NCBI GenBank assembly: GCA_017508875.1
Contig: JAFWQX010000106.1
Span: forward strand, 1-54,444
DNA: 54,444 nt
Reading direction: 5' to 3'
Source: Clostridia bacterium
GTDB taxonomy: Bacteria > Bacillota > Clostridia > UBA1212 > UBA1255
A program made the position numbers and the translations under genes. Positions 8,414 to 18,745 of this stretch are shown piece after piece (position 1 is the first letter of the stretch; each line of letters opens with the position of its first letter). The notes under the pieces were generated by a model. It saw only the letters and a program-made list of their open reading frames with translations. It did not search any database and had not been told where the DNA came from.

Positions 8414-9820
8414 ATGAGATTGATTGCCGGAAAGAAAGTTATTGTGAAGATTGCTTTAGTAACTTTGCTGATCGTTATTGTTACAGGTCTTCTCGGATGC
8501 AGCGAGAAGCCGATCCAGTACGGTTACGTGGATCAGGAATCGACCATTGAAGAGCTTAATATAAAAGGAACCATAAAGTTTACAGTTAATAACGAAAGCG
8601 GCACTGAGGCCGAATCTATGGCTCCCAGGGGCGTCGTAAACGCTTTTATGCAGGCTTTCCCGAATACGAAAGTCCAGTATGAAGAAGCGAGCAGAACGAC
8701 TTATCCCACGCGTATCTCGGCGGGGGATATAGGAGACGTGTTCTGGTGCGACGCTAACGATACGGTGAACTACCACAGCGTACATAATGCGCTCATGCCG
8801 CTCGACTCATACATTAAACCAATGAATATTGACCTCGGCGAGGTTTATACGGGCGCCATTGACGCCGGAAAGATCGACGGCAGATTATATATGGTTCCGA
8901 GAAAGATCGGTATCTCCGTACTGATCTACAACTGCGATATCATCCAGGCGGCGGGCGTTGATTTTGATAATACCGTTGCGTACGACTGGGAAGATTTCAA
9001 GGCGCTTTGTAAACAGCTTACGATCGAGGAGAACGGCCAGATCATCCAGGTCGGCGCTTCGATGAAACTCGGCTGGGCGCCTATCTGGCAGATGTTCATG
9101 CGGGGCTACGGCGGGAAATGGATCGATAATAAGGAGCACAAAGTTTCGATCACCGACAGCACGGAAGTAATGGCGGGAATAAACGAGATGGTAAATGCAG
9201 TTCAGGAAGGATGGCTCTATCCCGAGGACCTTATGGGCAGCATCAGCGGATCTTTGAAAGATAAGTTTTCCAAGATACCGGACGGCGACTCGAATGTTTC
9301 ATCCGCGTGCTTCAAAACGTTTAATAATATGACGTGGCTCACCAGACTCGGAACGGCATACGACAGGCTTAAGATAGACTGGAATTTCTGCCCGTTCCCG
9401 GCTTTCCCGACTCATAACGTTTCTACGGACGCTACCGGTTACGTCGTTTATAACCGTACGACGAATCCCGATACTGCCGCGGCTTTCGCACTGTTCTTCC
9501 TCACTGAAGCCGGACAGCGCGCGTACCACAGCCAGACGGGCAGCAGCGTCCCGCTTTTGAAGAATCTTTCTGACGAAACGTTCTGGTTCGGACCCGGAAC
9601 AGAATGGACCGATAAGAATTATAAAGTTTTCGTATCCTACACTGACTGTACGCAGCCGTGCTTCGTATCGACGCAGGCACCGCGCGAGGTCGCAGACATT
9701 ATCACTACTGGTATACCAGGCGCTCTCGGACGAATATTCTCGGGTAGCGTCGACGTTCAGACAGCCCTTGAGAAAATACAGACACAGGCCAATGAAAAAT
9801 GGCTTACGATCGTTACCTGA
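8414..9820 (+). CDS. Extracellular solute-binding lipoprotein, paralog B
   Basis: Lipobox LLGC; colinear with 6851-8251, with long identical blocks such as GTIKFTVNNESGT and ATGYVVYNRTTNPDTAAAFALFFLT. Confidence 0.85.
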   Translation: MRLIAGKKVIVKIALVTLLIVIVTGLLGCSEKPIQYGYVDQESTIEELNIKGTIKFTVNNESGTEAESMAPRGVVNAFMQAFPNTKVQYEEASRTTYPTRISAGDIGDVFWCDANDTVNYHSVHNALMPLDSYIKPMNIDLGEVYTGAIDAGKIDGRLYMVPRKIGISVLIYNCDIIQAAGVDFDNTVAYDWEDFKALCKQLTIEENGQIIQVGASMKLGWAPIWQMFMRGYGGKWIDNKEHKVSITDSTEVMAGINEMVNAVQEGWLYPEDLMGSISGSLKDKFSKIPDGDSNVSSACFKTFNNMTWLTRLGTAYDRLKIDWNFCPFPAFPTHNVSTDATGYVVYNRTTNPDTAAAFALFFLTEAGQRAYHSQTGSSVPLLKNLSDETFWFGPGTEWTDKNYKVFVSYTDCTQPCFVSTQAPREVADIITTGIPGALGRIFSGSVDVQTALEKIQTQANEKWLTIVT

Positions 9821-9836
9821 TCCGGAGAGCTAAAAA

Positions 9837-11006
9837 ATGAGCGATATGTTTTTGCATAAATGTCCAAACTGCAACGGCACTCTTGAGTTCAATATCGAGA
9901 GCGGAATGGTAACGTGCAGCTACTGCGGAAGTAAGTTTGACGTTGAATCGCTTAAGACAGAGAACGGTATTAATAACGGTGTGAAGCCGGAAACGGCTGA
10001 TGCACAGAACGCCGCCAGGCCTTCCGGCACAGAGGGTATTCCCGGTGCAGCGCAAAAGCAAAAGGCAAAAGCGCCGACAGAATTCAGCTGGAAGGAATAT
10101 AAGAAGCACCTGAAGAATGAGTCGCTGGAGGGAACAAAGTCATATCTCTGCCAGACGTGCGGGGCTGAAGTCGTACTCGATGCTATAACGGCTTCTTCAC
10201 AGTGCCCATACTGCGGGAACTACCTGATATTGACCGAAAACGTCACCGCCGGACTGAAGCCAAACGGAATAATACCGTTTAAAATACTGCCTGACGGATT
10301 GCCCGCGGCCGTAAGAAAGTTCTACAGCGGAAAAAAGCTGCTTCCGTTTCATTTCTTTGACGATAACAAGCTCGGAAAGATTCGCGGCATATACGTTCCG
10401 TTCTGGCTCTACAGCTGCAGTATGAAGGGCGGAATGACATTTAAGGGCAATAAAGTGAATTCATACGTCAGCGGTCAATACCGCTATACCGAGACTTCTT
10501 CGTATTCCATCGAGAGAGACGCTGAAATGAGCTTCGACCGGATACCTGTTGACGCGAGCCTCAAGATGCCTAATGACCTGATGGATTCGATAGAACCGTT
10601 CGATTACAGCCAGCTGACCGAATTCAACAGCGGCTACCTTACCGGTTTCGTTTCTGACAGATTCGATTCGGATCCGGACGAGAATCTGCCGCGCGTTTCA
10701 GAGCGGATCAACAACAGCGTGGTTTCTTTGATGAAGAACAGCGTAACTGATTATTCGAGCGTCGAAGTCTCGGATAACAGAATGTCGATGGCCGATCCTT
10801 CCGTTAAATACGTTATGCTTCCGGTTTATCTTTTTGATTGCAAATACGCCGGAAAAGAATATCATTACGCGGCAAACGGTCAGACCGGAAAAGTCGTAGG
10901 AGAACTTCCGGTCAGTAAAGGTAAAAAGTGGCTGTACTTCGGAATCCCGTTCCTTATTGTTTCGGCGCTGGTGTTCCTGTTCTTAAGATTCTTTATCGGA
11001 GGGTGA
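9837..11006 (+). CDS. Double Zn-ribbon protein with C-terminal transmembrane helix
   Basis: CPNC..CSYC and CQTC..CPYC, GIYVPFWLY, IEPFDYS, LPVY...NGQTGKVVGELP, terminal hydrophobic helix. Confidence 0.8.
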   Translation: MSDMFLHKCPNCNGTLEFNIESGMVTCSYCGSKFDVESLKTENGINNGVKPETADAQNAARPSGTEGIPGAAQKQKAKAPTEFSWKEYKKHLKNESLEGTKSYLCQTCGAEVVLDAITASSQCPYCGNYLILTENVTAGLKPNGIIPFKILPDGLPAAVRKFYSGKKLLPFHFFDDNKLGKIRGIYVPFWLYSCSMKGGMTFKGNKVNSYVSGQYRYTETSSYSIERDAEMSFDRIPVDASLKMPNDLMDSIEPFDYSQLTEFNSGYLTGFVSDRFDSDPDENLPRVSERINNSVVSLMKNSVTDYSSVEVSDNRMSMADPSVKYVMLPVYLFDCKYAGKEYHYAANGQTGKVVGELPVSKGKKWLYFGIPFLIVSALVFLFLRFFIGG

Positions 11007-11008
11007 TC

Positions 11009-11884
11009 ATGAAAAAATATATAAGATCGTTTATGATCACGCTACTTGTATTGCTTACGCTGACCGGAGCGGTGTCCGTTTGCGGATACTACGATGAAGC
11101 CGGCACCGGTTATCCTTCGTGGTGGATCGACGGGTTCGGGCCTTCGGACGTGTATCACAACGATCCGTCGGAGCCGAGAGTCGTTGACGGCGCGGACATC
11201 TTTTCTGCACAGGAGGAAGCGGAGCTTTCGCGTAAGCTCGCCGAAATGAAAGAAAAACACCAGTTGGATCTCGTTATTGTCACCGATAATAACGATTATG
11301 GTCTCGGCCTCGACAGGTACGCCACAAGTTTCTACGACATGAAGGGCTACGGCTACGGAAGCGATTACAGCGGCGTAGTAATGTTTATATCGATGGAACC
11401 GGGCGACAGAGGATGGTGGTGCGGCGGCACGGGTAAGGCTGAAAAGTATTTCACCGAAGAAAACGTGAACCATATGGACGACGATATGGAGCCTTATATG
11501 GTGAACGGAAGGTACGGCGACGGAGTGAAGAAATATTTCTCCGACCTTGATACGCTGCTGACGAAAGGCAGATTCCCGCTTTCCGCCAAAAGAGCGATCG
11601 CGTTCTCCGTCGTGTCAATGATAATAGGAGCTATCGTCGGATTCATTTTCCTCGGAAGGGCTTCGGCGTCAATGCGTGCAGTGGCTCCTGCAGTGCAGGC
11701 TTCGCAGTATCTGATTCCTGATTCGTTTAAGGTCAACGGCGCGAATGACGTATTTTTGAACACGAGCGTCACGAAAACGTTGATAGAAAGCTCGTCCTCT
11801 TCGCGCTCAGGAGGAGGTTCTTCGTTCGGAAGCCATACGTCATCAGGCGGACACAGCTTCAGCGGAGGAGGCAGAAGATTCTGA
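11009..11884 (+). CDS. TPM (TLP18.3/Psb32/MOLO-1) domain membrane protein with Ser/Gly-rich tail
   Basis: VVDGADIFSAQEEAEL...LVIVT, GYGYGSDYSGVVMFISM, TM helix, tail SSSSRSGGGSS...SGGGRRF; ATG 11009 after GGAGG. Confidence 0.88.
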   Translation: MKKYIRSFMITLLVLLTLTGAVSVCGYYDEAGTGYPSWWIDGFGPSDVYHNDPSEPRVVDGADIFSAQEEAELSRKLAEMKEKHQLDLVIVTDNNDYGLGLDRYATSFYDMKGYGYGSDYSGVVMFISMEPGDRGWWCGGTGKAEKYFTEENVNHMDDDMEPYMVNGRYGDGVKKYFSDLDTLLTKGRFPLSAKRAIAFSVVSMIIGAIVGFIFLGRASASMRAVAPAVQASQYLIPDSFKVNGANDVFLNTSVTKTLIESSSSSRSGGGSSFGSHTSSGGHSFSGGGRRF

Positions 11885-11923
11885 GCGTTGCCGGTTCAAT
11901 AACCGGATAGATAATAAAATAAT

Positions 11924-11961
11924 AAGCGGGCGGGGTCGTTTTCGGATCCCGCCCGCTTTTT
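11924..11961. terminator. Terminator hairpin between convergent genes, probably bidirectional
   Basis: AAGCGGGCGGG...CCCGCCCGCTT, with a T-run downstream and an A-rich run upstream. Confidence 0.85.
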
Positions 11962-12002
11962 AGAAGTGTGCCGTCTGCGCGACGCTTACGATGCTTTTAT
12001 AA

Positions 12003-12857
12003 TCATTCAAACGAGACAGAATATTCGCTCACGTTGAGCACCGTCTCGCCGTCGATCTGAAGCGGCGAAGGCTCGTTGAACTTTACGGTAATGTTATGAC
12101 CTGTGATCACGGAAACTTTTTTTTCATGCTTGATATGTTCGCCCTTGAAGATCGAAGGGAATATGATCAGAGTGCCTATGCGGCTCCTTCCGTGCATAAC
12201 AACGAGTGAAACGGTTTTATCTCCGGAAAGTCTGTCCTGAGCAGGCGCGGCGTTCATACCGCCTCCGTAGAAGCGGCCGATCATAGTAGGAGCGATCCAT
12301 ACGTTTTTAAAAGAATACTCTTTTCCGTCAACGGTGATCTGCGCGATCTTGGATTTGAAATGGAAAAGAAGCCCTTTGATAGCGATAGACGTATAGTTAA
12401 CCGGCTTATCGCTCTTAGCCTTCATCTCGTCACCGACCTGGCAGCAGTAGCCGTCGATGCCGTAACCGACGCCGTTGATGAACTTGCAGGTCTTGCCCTT
12501 CACAGTGACCGTCGGGAGCGACTTCAGATACTTGCTGATCTCTGCGGGACCTTTGGAAAAATCGAGCTCGACGTCTCTCGCAAAATCATTGCCCGTGCCG
12601 GCGGGGAAGTAATAGATCTCACGCTCGCCGATGAACGCGCCGGCTTCATTGACGAAACGGTTTAGAGTGCCGTCGCCGCCGCAAATGACGAGCTTCGAAT
12701 CGTCAGGCAGTTCTTTGAAAAAATCCTCGTATTGTCCGATGGCGGTGATATCTCTGATATCGACTTCGCCCTTCTCCTTGATCAGCGTTTCAAGAGTTTT
12801 AACAGCCTCGGATGCAACGCCTGAAAGTTTGTTGTAAAGTACCGTATACTTTTCCAT
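12003..12857 (-). CDS. Diacylglycerol/lipid kinase family protein (DAGKc, YegS-like)
   Basis: CGGDGTLNRFVN, PAGTGNDFARD, FINGVGYGIDG, FYGGGM, QIDGE. Confidence 0.92.
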   Translation of the reverse strand: MEKYTVLYNKLSGVASEAVKTLETLIKEKGEVDIRDITAIGQYEDFFKELPDDSKLVICGGDGTLNRFVNEAGAFIGEREIYYFPAGTGNDFARDVELDFSKGPAEISKYLKSLPTVTVKGKTCKFINGVGYGIDGYCCQVGDEMKAKSDKPVNYTSIAIKGLLFHFKSKIAQITVDGKEYSFKNVWIAPTMIGRFYGGGMNAAPAQDRLSGDKTVSLVVMHGRSRIGTLIIFPSIFKGEHIKHEKKVSVITGHNITVKFNEPSPLQIDGETVLNVSEYSVSFE

Positions 12858-12887
12858 CCAGATCAGTTCCTTTCAAATATAATCGTT

Positions 12888-14636
12888 TTATTTGATGTGC
12901 GCGGGATCGTCATCCTGCGAAAACTTCGTATCGTGCGTGTTCATAAGCTGGTCGAAGCTGATGCCGTACGTGCGGGCAATATCCAGCGCGAAGCTTTTTC
13001 CCTGCGGAGGCATCGGCAGGATAAGGTAAGTACGCTTCGAACCGGCGTATTTTTTACGGCCTTCGTCGGTAAGCACTTCCATCTCGGTCGTTTCGTCTAC
13101 GCCGGCAACGAGGCTTACGAGGTCACTGAGGGCAGGCTCCTTGTTCAGCTCCGGAATATTCTCCGCAAGCTCGTGGATATGCGTCGCGAAAACGCAGCGG
13201 GCTCCGACCTTGCGCAGATATTTCATTATTTCTTCCGCGATGAAAAGGCATTCCTGATGGCTCGTGCTTGAAAGCGATTCATTCATCAGGATCATACTGT
13301 ATTTCGTAAGCCGCGGCAGGATCTGCTCGAGCCTTATGCACTCTTCGCCCAGACGCCCTTCACTGATCGAATTCTTCTCGAGCTCCGGAAAATGCGTATA
13401 AATATTATCGACCGGGCTTATGCGGCCTTCCGAACCGGGGATCGCGAAACCTGCCTGAAACAGCAGCTGCGTGATACCGACCGCACGGGTGAAAGTAGTT
13501 TTACCGCCCTGGTTCGCACCGGTAAGAATAAATATGCGCCCGGCCTTATCCGACATCTCGGCAGTATTCGTAACGACGACGTTTGAAAGCTCGGATAATC
13601 CGATGTCGCTCTGGATCCTGATCGCGAAGCTCGCGTCGTATATATCCTTTACGTAGAATATGCGCTCATCCTTAGGCGCGGGAGTGGGGAAGCACACGGG
13701 AAGTCCGGTTTTTATGAGATTACGCGCGAGCCTGCTTCCGCCAATGAAATAATATACTTCCGGAATGAGGTCAAACAGGAACTGCGTCTCGATATATTCG
13801 AAGCGGGCAAGTACCGTAGCCAGATGCTTGAACGTATCGCCCATAACGCTCTCAAGGTCGCGCATGATAGCGATGTCAAGAGTGTTCGCACGGTTATCTT
13901 TCAGTATCGAATAGAACGAACCGAGGCCGAAATAAGTTTCGTCGTTCCTCTGACGGCCCAGAATGGAAGTCACGAGCGCCTTGTTTTTGAACGGCTTGGG
14001 CTCTATCGAAAGCAGCACCGCCTCGACGGGGCGCAGCTCATTATCGAGATTCACCCCGATAGTTACGGAAGTCATCGTCTGTATCTTTTCGGAAAGCGCC
14101 GGAAGTTCGTGGCGAAGGTCCTTGAAATTATCGCTTTCGTAAATGCCGCGGATCATTTCACGCAGACGCTTTACGCCGTCAGAAAGGAAATCGCGGTCCG
14201 GAGAGCAGAACAGTGAATGCAGAATATCGACGCACTGCATATAGACCTGCAGCATATCTATCCTCCAGGCGATCCGGCGCATATCGTCGTCGTGGGAAAT
14301 ATTCGCCTTCTCCATTTTGCGGAGATTATTCGTAAGAGGGAGCAGAGAGGTGTCAAACGATTCTTCAAGCTCCGGATAGTCCATGAAATCCTGAAGAATA
14401 TCCTGCCTGTATTTAATGACTTCCGCGTCCGGGATCATGTCGAGCATACGGGCACGTATATATCCGCGGCTGTCGTTTCTGATCTGCATGCCGTCGAGGA
14501 TCATATCCATATTCATGTCGCGCTCTAAAAGCTCCTGATTGAAAAGCTTCACGCGGCCGCTCTTAACCTCGCGCTCTAACTCGCGCCCTTTTTCGTAATC
14601 CGGCCAGAGCAGACTGAAGGCAAATTTTTCGTCCAT
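12888..14636 (-). CDS. MutS-related ATPase (domain V, no mismatch-binding or Smr domain)
   Basis: ILTGANQGGKTTF Walker A, IYTHFP, EGRLGEEC, ILMNESLSSTS, VFATHIHEL, SFALDIARTYG. Confidence 0.88.
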   Translation of the reverse strand: MDEKFAFSLLWPDYEKGRELEREVKSGRVKLFNQELLERDMNMDMILDGMQIRNDSRGYIRARMLDMIPDAEVIKYRQDILQDFMDYPELEESFDTSLLPLTNNLRKMEKANISHDDDMRRIAWRIDMLQVYMQCVDILHSLFCSPDRDFLSDGVKRLREMIRGIYESDNFKDLRHELPALSEKIQTMTSVTIGVNLDNELRPVEAVLLSIEPKPFKNKALVTSILGRQRNDETYFGLGSFYSILKDNRANTLDIAIMRDLESVMGDTFKHLATVLARFEYIETQFLFDLIPEVYYFIGGSRLARNLIKTGLPVCFPTPAPKDERIFYVKDIYDASFAIRIQSDIGLSELSNVVVTNTAEMSDKAGRIFILTGANQGGKTTFTRAVGITQLLFQAGFAIPGSEGRISPVDNIYTHFPELEKNSISEGRLGEECIRLEQILPRLTKYSMILMNESLSSTSHQECLFIAEEIMKYLRKVGARCVFATHIHELAENIPELNKEPALSDLVSLVAGVDETTEMEVLTDEGRKKYAGSKRTYLILPMPPQGKSFALDIARTYGISFDQLMNTHDTKFSQDDDPAHIK

Positions 14637-14668
14637 AAGCTTACCTCGCTTCGTTTTAGATTGATGGG

Positions 14669-14719
14669 ATTATACCATTTCCGGCGCAAATTGACAACTG
14701 CGCTTTAAAGTGGTATTAT
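14669..14719. promoter_or_regulatory. Overlapping divergent promoters (mutS-like operon and glycogen operon)
   Basis: + strand TTGACA(14691), 17 bp, TATTAT(14714); - strand TTGTCA(14697-14692), 17 bp, TATAAT(14674-14669); both have TGn. Confidence 0.7.
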
Positions 14720-14824
14720 CGCTACGTCTAAAAGTATAGAGAAAAGCTTTGCGAAAAACGCGTCGGCGTCGTAGCAGGGCCTGCGGAAATCATTCATAAT
14801 CAGTTTTGAGGAAGTGACAGGACA

Positions 14825-15970
14825 ATGATCCATAAGAATATGGTTGCGCTGATCCTTGCGGGAGGTCAGGGAAGCCGGCTTGGGGCAATGACGAAGAAAA
14901 CGGCGAAGCCTGCCGTACGCTTCGGCGGAAAATACCGCATAATAGATTTTGCGTTAAGTAACTGCTCGAACTCGGGCATAGACACGGTAGGGATATTGAC
15001 ACAGTACAAACCGCAGCAGTTATCTACGCACATCGGAATAGGCACGCCATGGGACCTGGACCGCGTTCACGGAGGCGTTACGATATTGCCGCCTTATATG
15101 AGCGAGGCGGGTGGCGACTGGTACCGCGGTACTGCGAACGCCGTTTACCAAAATATTACGTTCCTTGACCAGTACAACCCCACGTACGTTCTGATATTGT
15201 CCGGAGACCATATCTACAAGATGGACTACAGGGAAATGCTTGCCGCACATACCGCTGCCGGAGCTACGGCCACCATCGCGGTGATAGACGTGCCGCTCGG
15301 GGAAGCATCGCGCTTCGGAATAATGAATACCGACGGGACGGGCAGGATAACGAGTTTTGAAGAGAAACCGAAAAATCCCAAGAGTACGCTGGCGTCGATG
15401 GGTATTTATATCTTCACGTATGCAGATCTGAAAAAATATCTGAAGGTAGATGCTCTGGACGAAAAATCGGACAATGATTTCGGCAAAAATATTATCCCTG
15501 CCATGCTTGGCGCGGGCGAAAAGCTGATCGCGTACAGGTTTGAAGGCTACTGGAAAGACGTCGGAACGGTCGAGAGCTACTGGGAGGCGAACATGGACCT
15601 GCTGAAAGCGGACAACGACGTTAAGCTGTTCCAGAACGACTGGAAGCTTTATACCGTTACAGGCTCGATACCTTCGCAATATATCGGACCCGAAGCGATC
15701 CTCAAAGACAGCCTTATTTCGGAAGGCTGCGTGATAATGGGAGAGGTGGATCATTCCGTCATCTTCCCGGGAGTCACGATAGGGGCGAACAGCCGCGTCG
15801 TCGATTCCATCGTGATGGAAGGGTGCACGATCGAAGAAAACGTTATAGTTAATAAAAGCATACTGCTCGAAGGCGTGACGGTTAAAGCGAGCAACGCCGT
15901 AGGCGACGGCAGGGAGATCGCGGTCATAGAAGAAGGGCGCGTCCTGTCCGGCGGCGGTTTTATGAAATGA
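14825..15970 (+). CDS. glgC: Glucose-1-phosphate adenylyltransferase
   Basis: [57 protein letters not shown]. Confidence 0.97.
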   Translation: MIHKNMVALILAGGQGSRLGAMTKKTAKPAVRFGGKYRIIDFALSNCSNSGIDTVGILTQYKPQQLSTHIGIGTPWDLDRVHGGVTILPPYMSEAGGDWYRGTANAVYQNITFLDQYNPTYVLILSGDHIYKMDYREMLAAHTAAGATATIAVIDVPLGEASRFGIMNTDGTGRITSFEEKPKNPKSTLASMGIYIFTYADLKKYLKVDALDEKSDNDFGKNIIPAMLGAGEKLIAYRFEGYWKDVGTVESYWEANMDLLKADNDVKLFQNDWKLYTVTGSIPSQYIGPEAILKDSLISEGCVIMGEVDHSVIFPGVTIGANSRVVDSIVMEGCTIEENVIVNKSILLEGVTVKASNAVGDGREIAVIEEGRVLSGGGFMK

Positions 15971-15980
15971 GGTGCCTGAT

Positions 15981-17096
15981 ATGAAAGATTATATGGCAAT
16001 ACTTAATCTGGCCGAAAGCGAAAACGACATCAGAGCGCTCACAACGAACCGACCCATTGCCTCCATACCCATCGGAAGCAGGTACAGAGTAATAGATTTC
16101 ATGCTTTCAAATCTTGTAAACGCAGGTATAGGAAACGTAGGTATCTTTTCAGACAGTAACTCCCGCTCGCTCGCAGACCACCTGGGAACCGGAAAACCGT
16201 GGGACCTCGGCAGAAAAAACGACGGCCTTTTCCTGTTCAACCACGGCCTTTGCAATCTGATGTATACCGATTCCAAACTGATAAAAAACAATATGGAATA
16301 TATATACAGAAGCAAAAGCAGTGAAGTGATACTGTGCTCGTCGTATATGATCTGCAATATGGATATCAGCGACGTTATCAGAGCGCACGAGGCTTCAGGA
16401 GCGGATATAACCGTAGTCTACACGCACACAAAGAACGCCGATAAGGAGTTCTCAAACTGCTTTACGCTTGATATTGACCCGGAGACCGGAGATCTGCGCG
16501 GCGCGGGAAAGAACATCGGAGTCGGTCCGGAGGCGGACGTGTGCATGGAAATTTTCCTTATGACGAAGGACAAGCTGACCGATTTCGTATATAAAAGCAC
16601 CTCGCTTACCTCATTAACGAACTTTTATAATCTGATATTCGACCAGATCGGAAATCTCCGGTTCAATACGTATAAGTTTGACGGATACGTTTCATGCATA
16701 AATACGGTGTCTTCGTACTTTAAGAGCAATATGGATATGCTCGACATCGACGTAAGCAACGACCTCTTCAGGTCCGCCGAACGGCCTATATTCACGAAGA
16801 TAAAAGACGAGCCTCCGACGCTGTACGTTAAAGGCTGCAGCACGTCCAATTCACTGATCGCCGACGGCTGTATCATAAAAGGGAAGGTAAAAGACTCGGT
16901 GCTCGGAAGATACGTTGACGTCGAAGAAGGCGCTTCTGTGGAGAACAGCATCATACTGCAGAACGTGCGCATACATAAAAATGCGAGACTCTCCCATGTT
17001 ATTATTGACAAAAACGTGGATATAGACGAAAATACAGAACTGAGAGGAAACGAATTCTTCCCTCTCGTAATCGAGAAAAAGAACCTGCTCAGATAG
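15981..17096 (+). CDS. glgD: Glucose-1-phosphate adenylyltransferase subunit GlgD
   Basis: RPIASIPIGSRYRVIDF, SLADHLGTGKPWDL, TKIKDEPPT; follows glgC; GAGGTG before ATG 15981. Confidence 0.94.
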   Translation: MKDYMAILNLAESENDIRALTTNRPIASIPIGSRYRVIDFMLSNLVNAGIGNVGIFSDSNSRSLADHLGTGKPWDLGRKNDGLFLFNHGLCNLMYTDSKLIKNNMEYIYRSKSSEVILCSSYMICNMDISDVIRAHEASGADITVVYTHTKNADKEFSNCFTLDIDPETGDLRGAGKNIGVGPEADVCMEIFLMTKDKLTDFVYKSTSLTSLTNFYNLIFDQIGNLRFNTYKFDGYVSCINTVSSYFKSNMDMLDIDVSNDLFRSAERPIFTKIKDEPPTLYVKGCSTSNSLIADGCIIKGKVKDSVLGRYVDVEEGASVENSIILQNVRIHKNARLSHVIIDKNVDIDENTELRGNEFFPLVIEKKNLLR

Positions 17097-17214
17097 AATA
17101 TGATTGCCCGCCGCATTTGCGGAGCGCTTTCAGTCCGGAGTACGGTTCCGGTATGACGCGCATGATCCGAATCGCGCGAAATATGCCTTTCCGGGCATGA
17201 AAGGAACATTTGTA

Positions 17215-18648
17215 ATGAAAGTATTGTTTGTAACCACCGAAGTAAAGCCTTTTAGCAAAACCGGAGGTCTTGCCGACGTTTCATTTGAACTGCCCTGCGC
17301 ATTAAAAGCGGCGGGAGTAGACGTAAGGATAATAACACCTAAATACGGCGATATCCCGGAAGAGTTTAAATCACAAATGATACCGCTGTCGACGTTCGGC
17401 GTGACGGTAGGCTGGCGTAATCAGTATTGCGGACTCCAGTATCTCCTGTACAAAGATATACCTGTATATTTTATTGACAACGAATACTATTTCAAGCGCC
17501 CCGGCTGCTACGGCTTTTACGACGACGGTGAAAGATTCGCATATTTCTGCAGAGCCGTGATGGAATCCGTTGCCCACATGAACGATTTCTATCCGGATAT
17601 CATCCACTGCAACGACTGGCAGACCGGCATCATCCCGGTATATCTCAGAGACGTTTATTATGAGCGGCCCGAGTTTAAGAGAGCTGCCGCGGTATTCACG
17701 ATCCATAATCTTAAATATCAGGGCGTTTACGCTCCTTCCGTACTCGAAGACCTGCTCGGCCTTAATTACGGCTATTACAATGACGAAAAATTGAAATTCC
17801 GCGACGGCATATCGTTTATGAAGGCCGGTATCGTTTTTGCGGATAAGGTCGTGACCGTTTCCGAGACTTACGCAAAAGAAATAACCACTCCGTATTACGG
17901 CGAGGGCCTCGACGGGCTTTTGGCGAAAAAATCGTTCAAGCTCCTCGGGATCACGAACGGCATCGACTACGCGCATAACAGCCCGGAGAACGATAAAAAT
18001 CTGTTCTGCAACTACGACGTTGACACGAGAGAAAAGAAGACCGAGAACAAACTTGCCCTTCAGAAAGAGCTCGGGCTTCCGCAGAACAGGAACGTGCCGG
18101 TGATAGCGATGGTCACGCGAATGGTAAAAGAAAAAGGCCTTGACCTCGTTACGCGCGTTATGGAGGATATTCTTAAAAATAATATCCAGTTCGTGATACT
18201 CGGTACAGGCGAAAGAGATTATATGGATTTCTTCGAATATTACGGCTCCGCTTACCCCGGAAAGATCGCCGCACGCACGCGCTTCGACAGCGCTCTGGCT
18301 TCACGCATTTACGCCGGAGCAGATCTGTTCCTGATGCCGTCAATGTTCGAGCCCTGCGGCCTTTCTCAAATCATCGCTATGCGTTACGGCACGATCCCGG
18401 TCGTACGCGAAACGGGCGGCTTAAAAGACACGGTAGAGCCGTACAATAAGTATACGGGAGAGGGCAACGGCTTTTCATTTGCTAACTTTAACGCGCACGA
18501 GATGCTATACACTTTAAAAACCGCGCTCAAATGTTATGAAAACAAGGAGATCTGGGATAATCTGGTCATAAAGGCGATGAATACGCGTATAGACTGGAAG
18601 ACGCAGTCCGATAAATATATTGCCGTATATAACGAACTGGCTATCTGA
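17215..18648 (+). CDS. glgA: Glycogen synthase
   Basis: KTGGLADV, IHCNDWQTG, FTIHNLKYQG, MPSMFEPCGLSQ, RETGGLKDTV; AAAGGA before ATG 17215. Confidence 0.97.
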   Translation: MKVLFVTTEVKPFSKTGGLADVSFELPCALKAAGVDVRIITPKYGDIPEEFKSQMIPLSTFGVTVGWRNQYCGLQYLLYKDIPVYFIDNEYYFKRPGCYGFYDDGERFAYFCRAVMESVAHMNDFYPDIIHCNDWQTGIIPVYLRDVYYERPEFKRAAAVFTIHNLKYQGVYAPSVLEDLLGLNYGYYNDEKLKFRDGISFMKAGIVFADKVVTVSETYAKEITTPYYGEGLDGLLAKKSFKLLGITNGIDYAHNSPENDKNLFCNYDVDTREKKTENKLALQKELGLPQNRNVPVIAMVTRMVKEKGLDLVTRVMEDILKNNIQFVILGTGERDYMDFFEYYGSAYPGKIAARTRFDSALASRIYAGADLFLMPSMFEPCGLSQIIAMRYGTIPVVRETGGLKDTVEPYNKYTGEGNGFSFANFNAHEMLYTLKTALKCYENKEIWDNLVIKAMNTRIDWKTQSDKYIAVYNELAI

Positions 18649-18745
18649 CACACGTATTTAAAACACGCGTTCGTATACAATACTCCGGCATCTGATATGG
18701 CGCTCAGCCTGAATTCAGCTATTTCTGCAACAATTTGGAGGCACT

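Noticed and set aside
10928-11008. N-terminal extensions in the ORF track (TPM gene; also glgA 17104, metK 34279, nrdR 22942, potD 49553)
   Set aside because: Downstream ATGs have better Shine-Dalgarno sequences and match the family N-termini.
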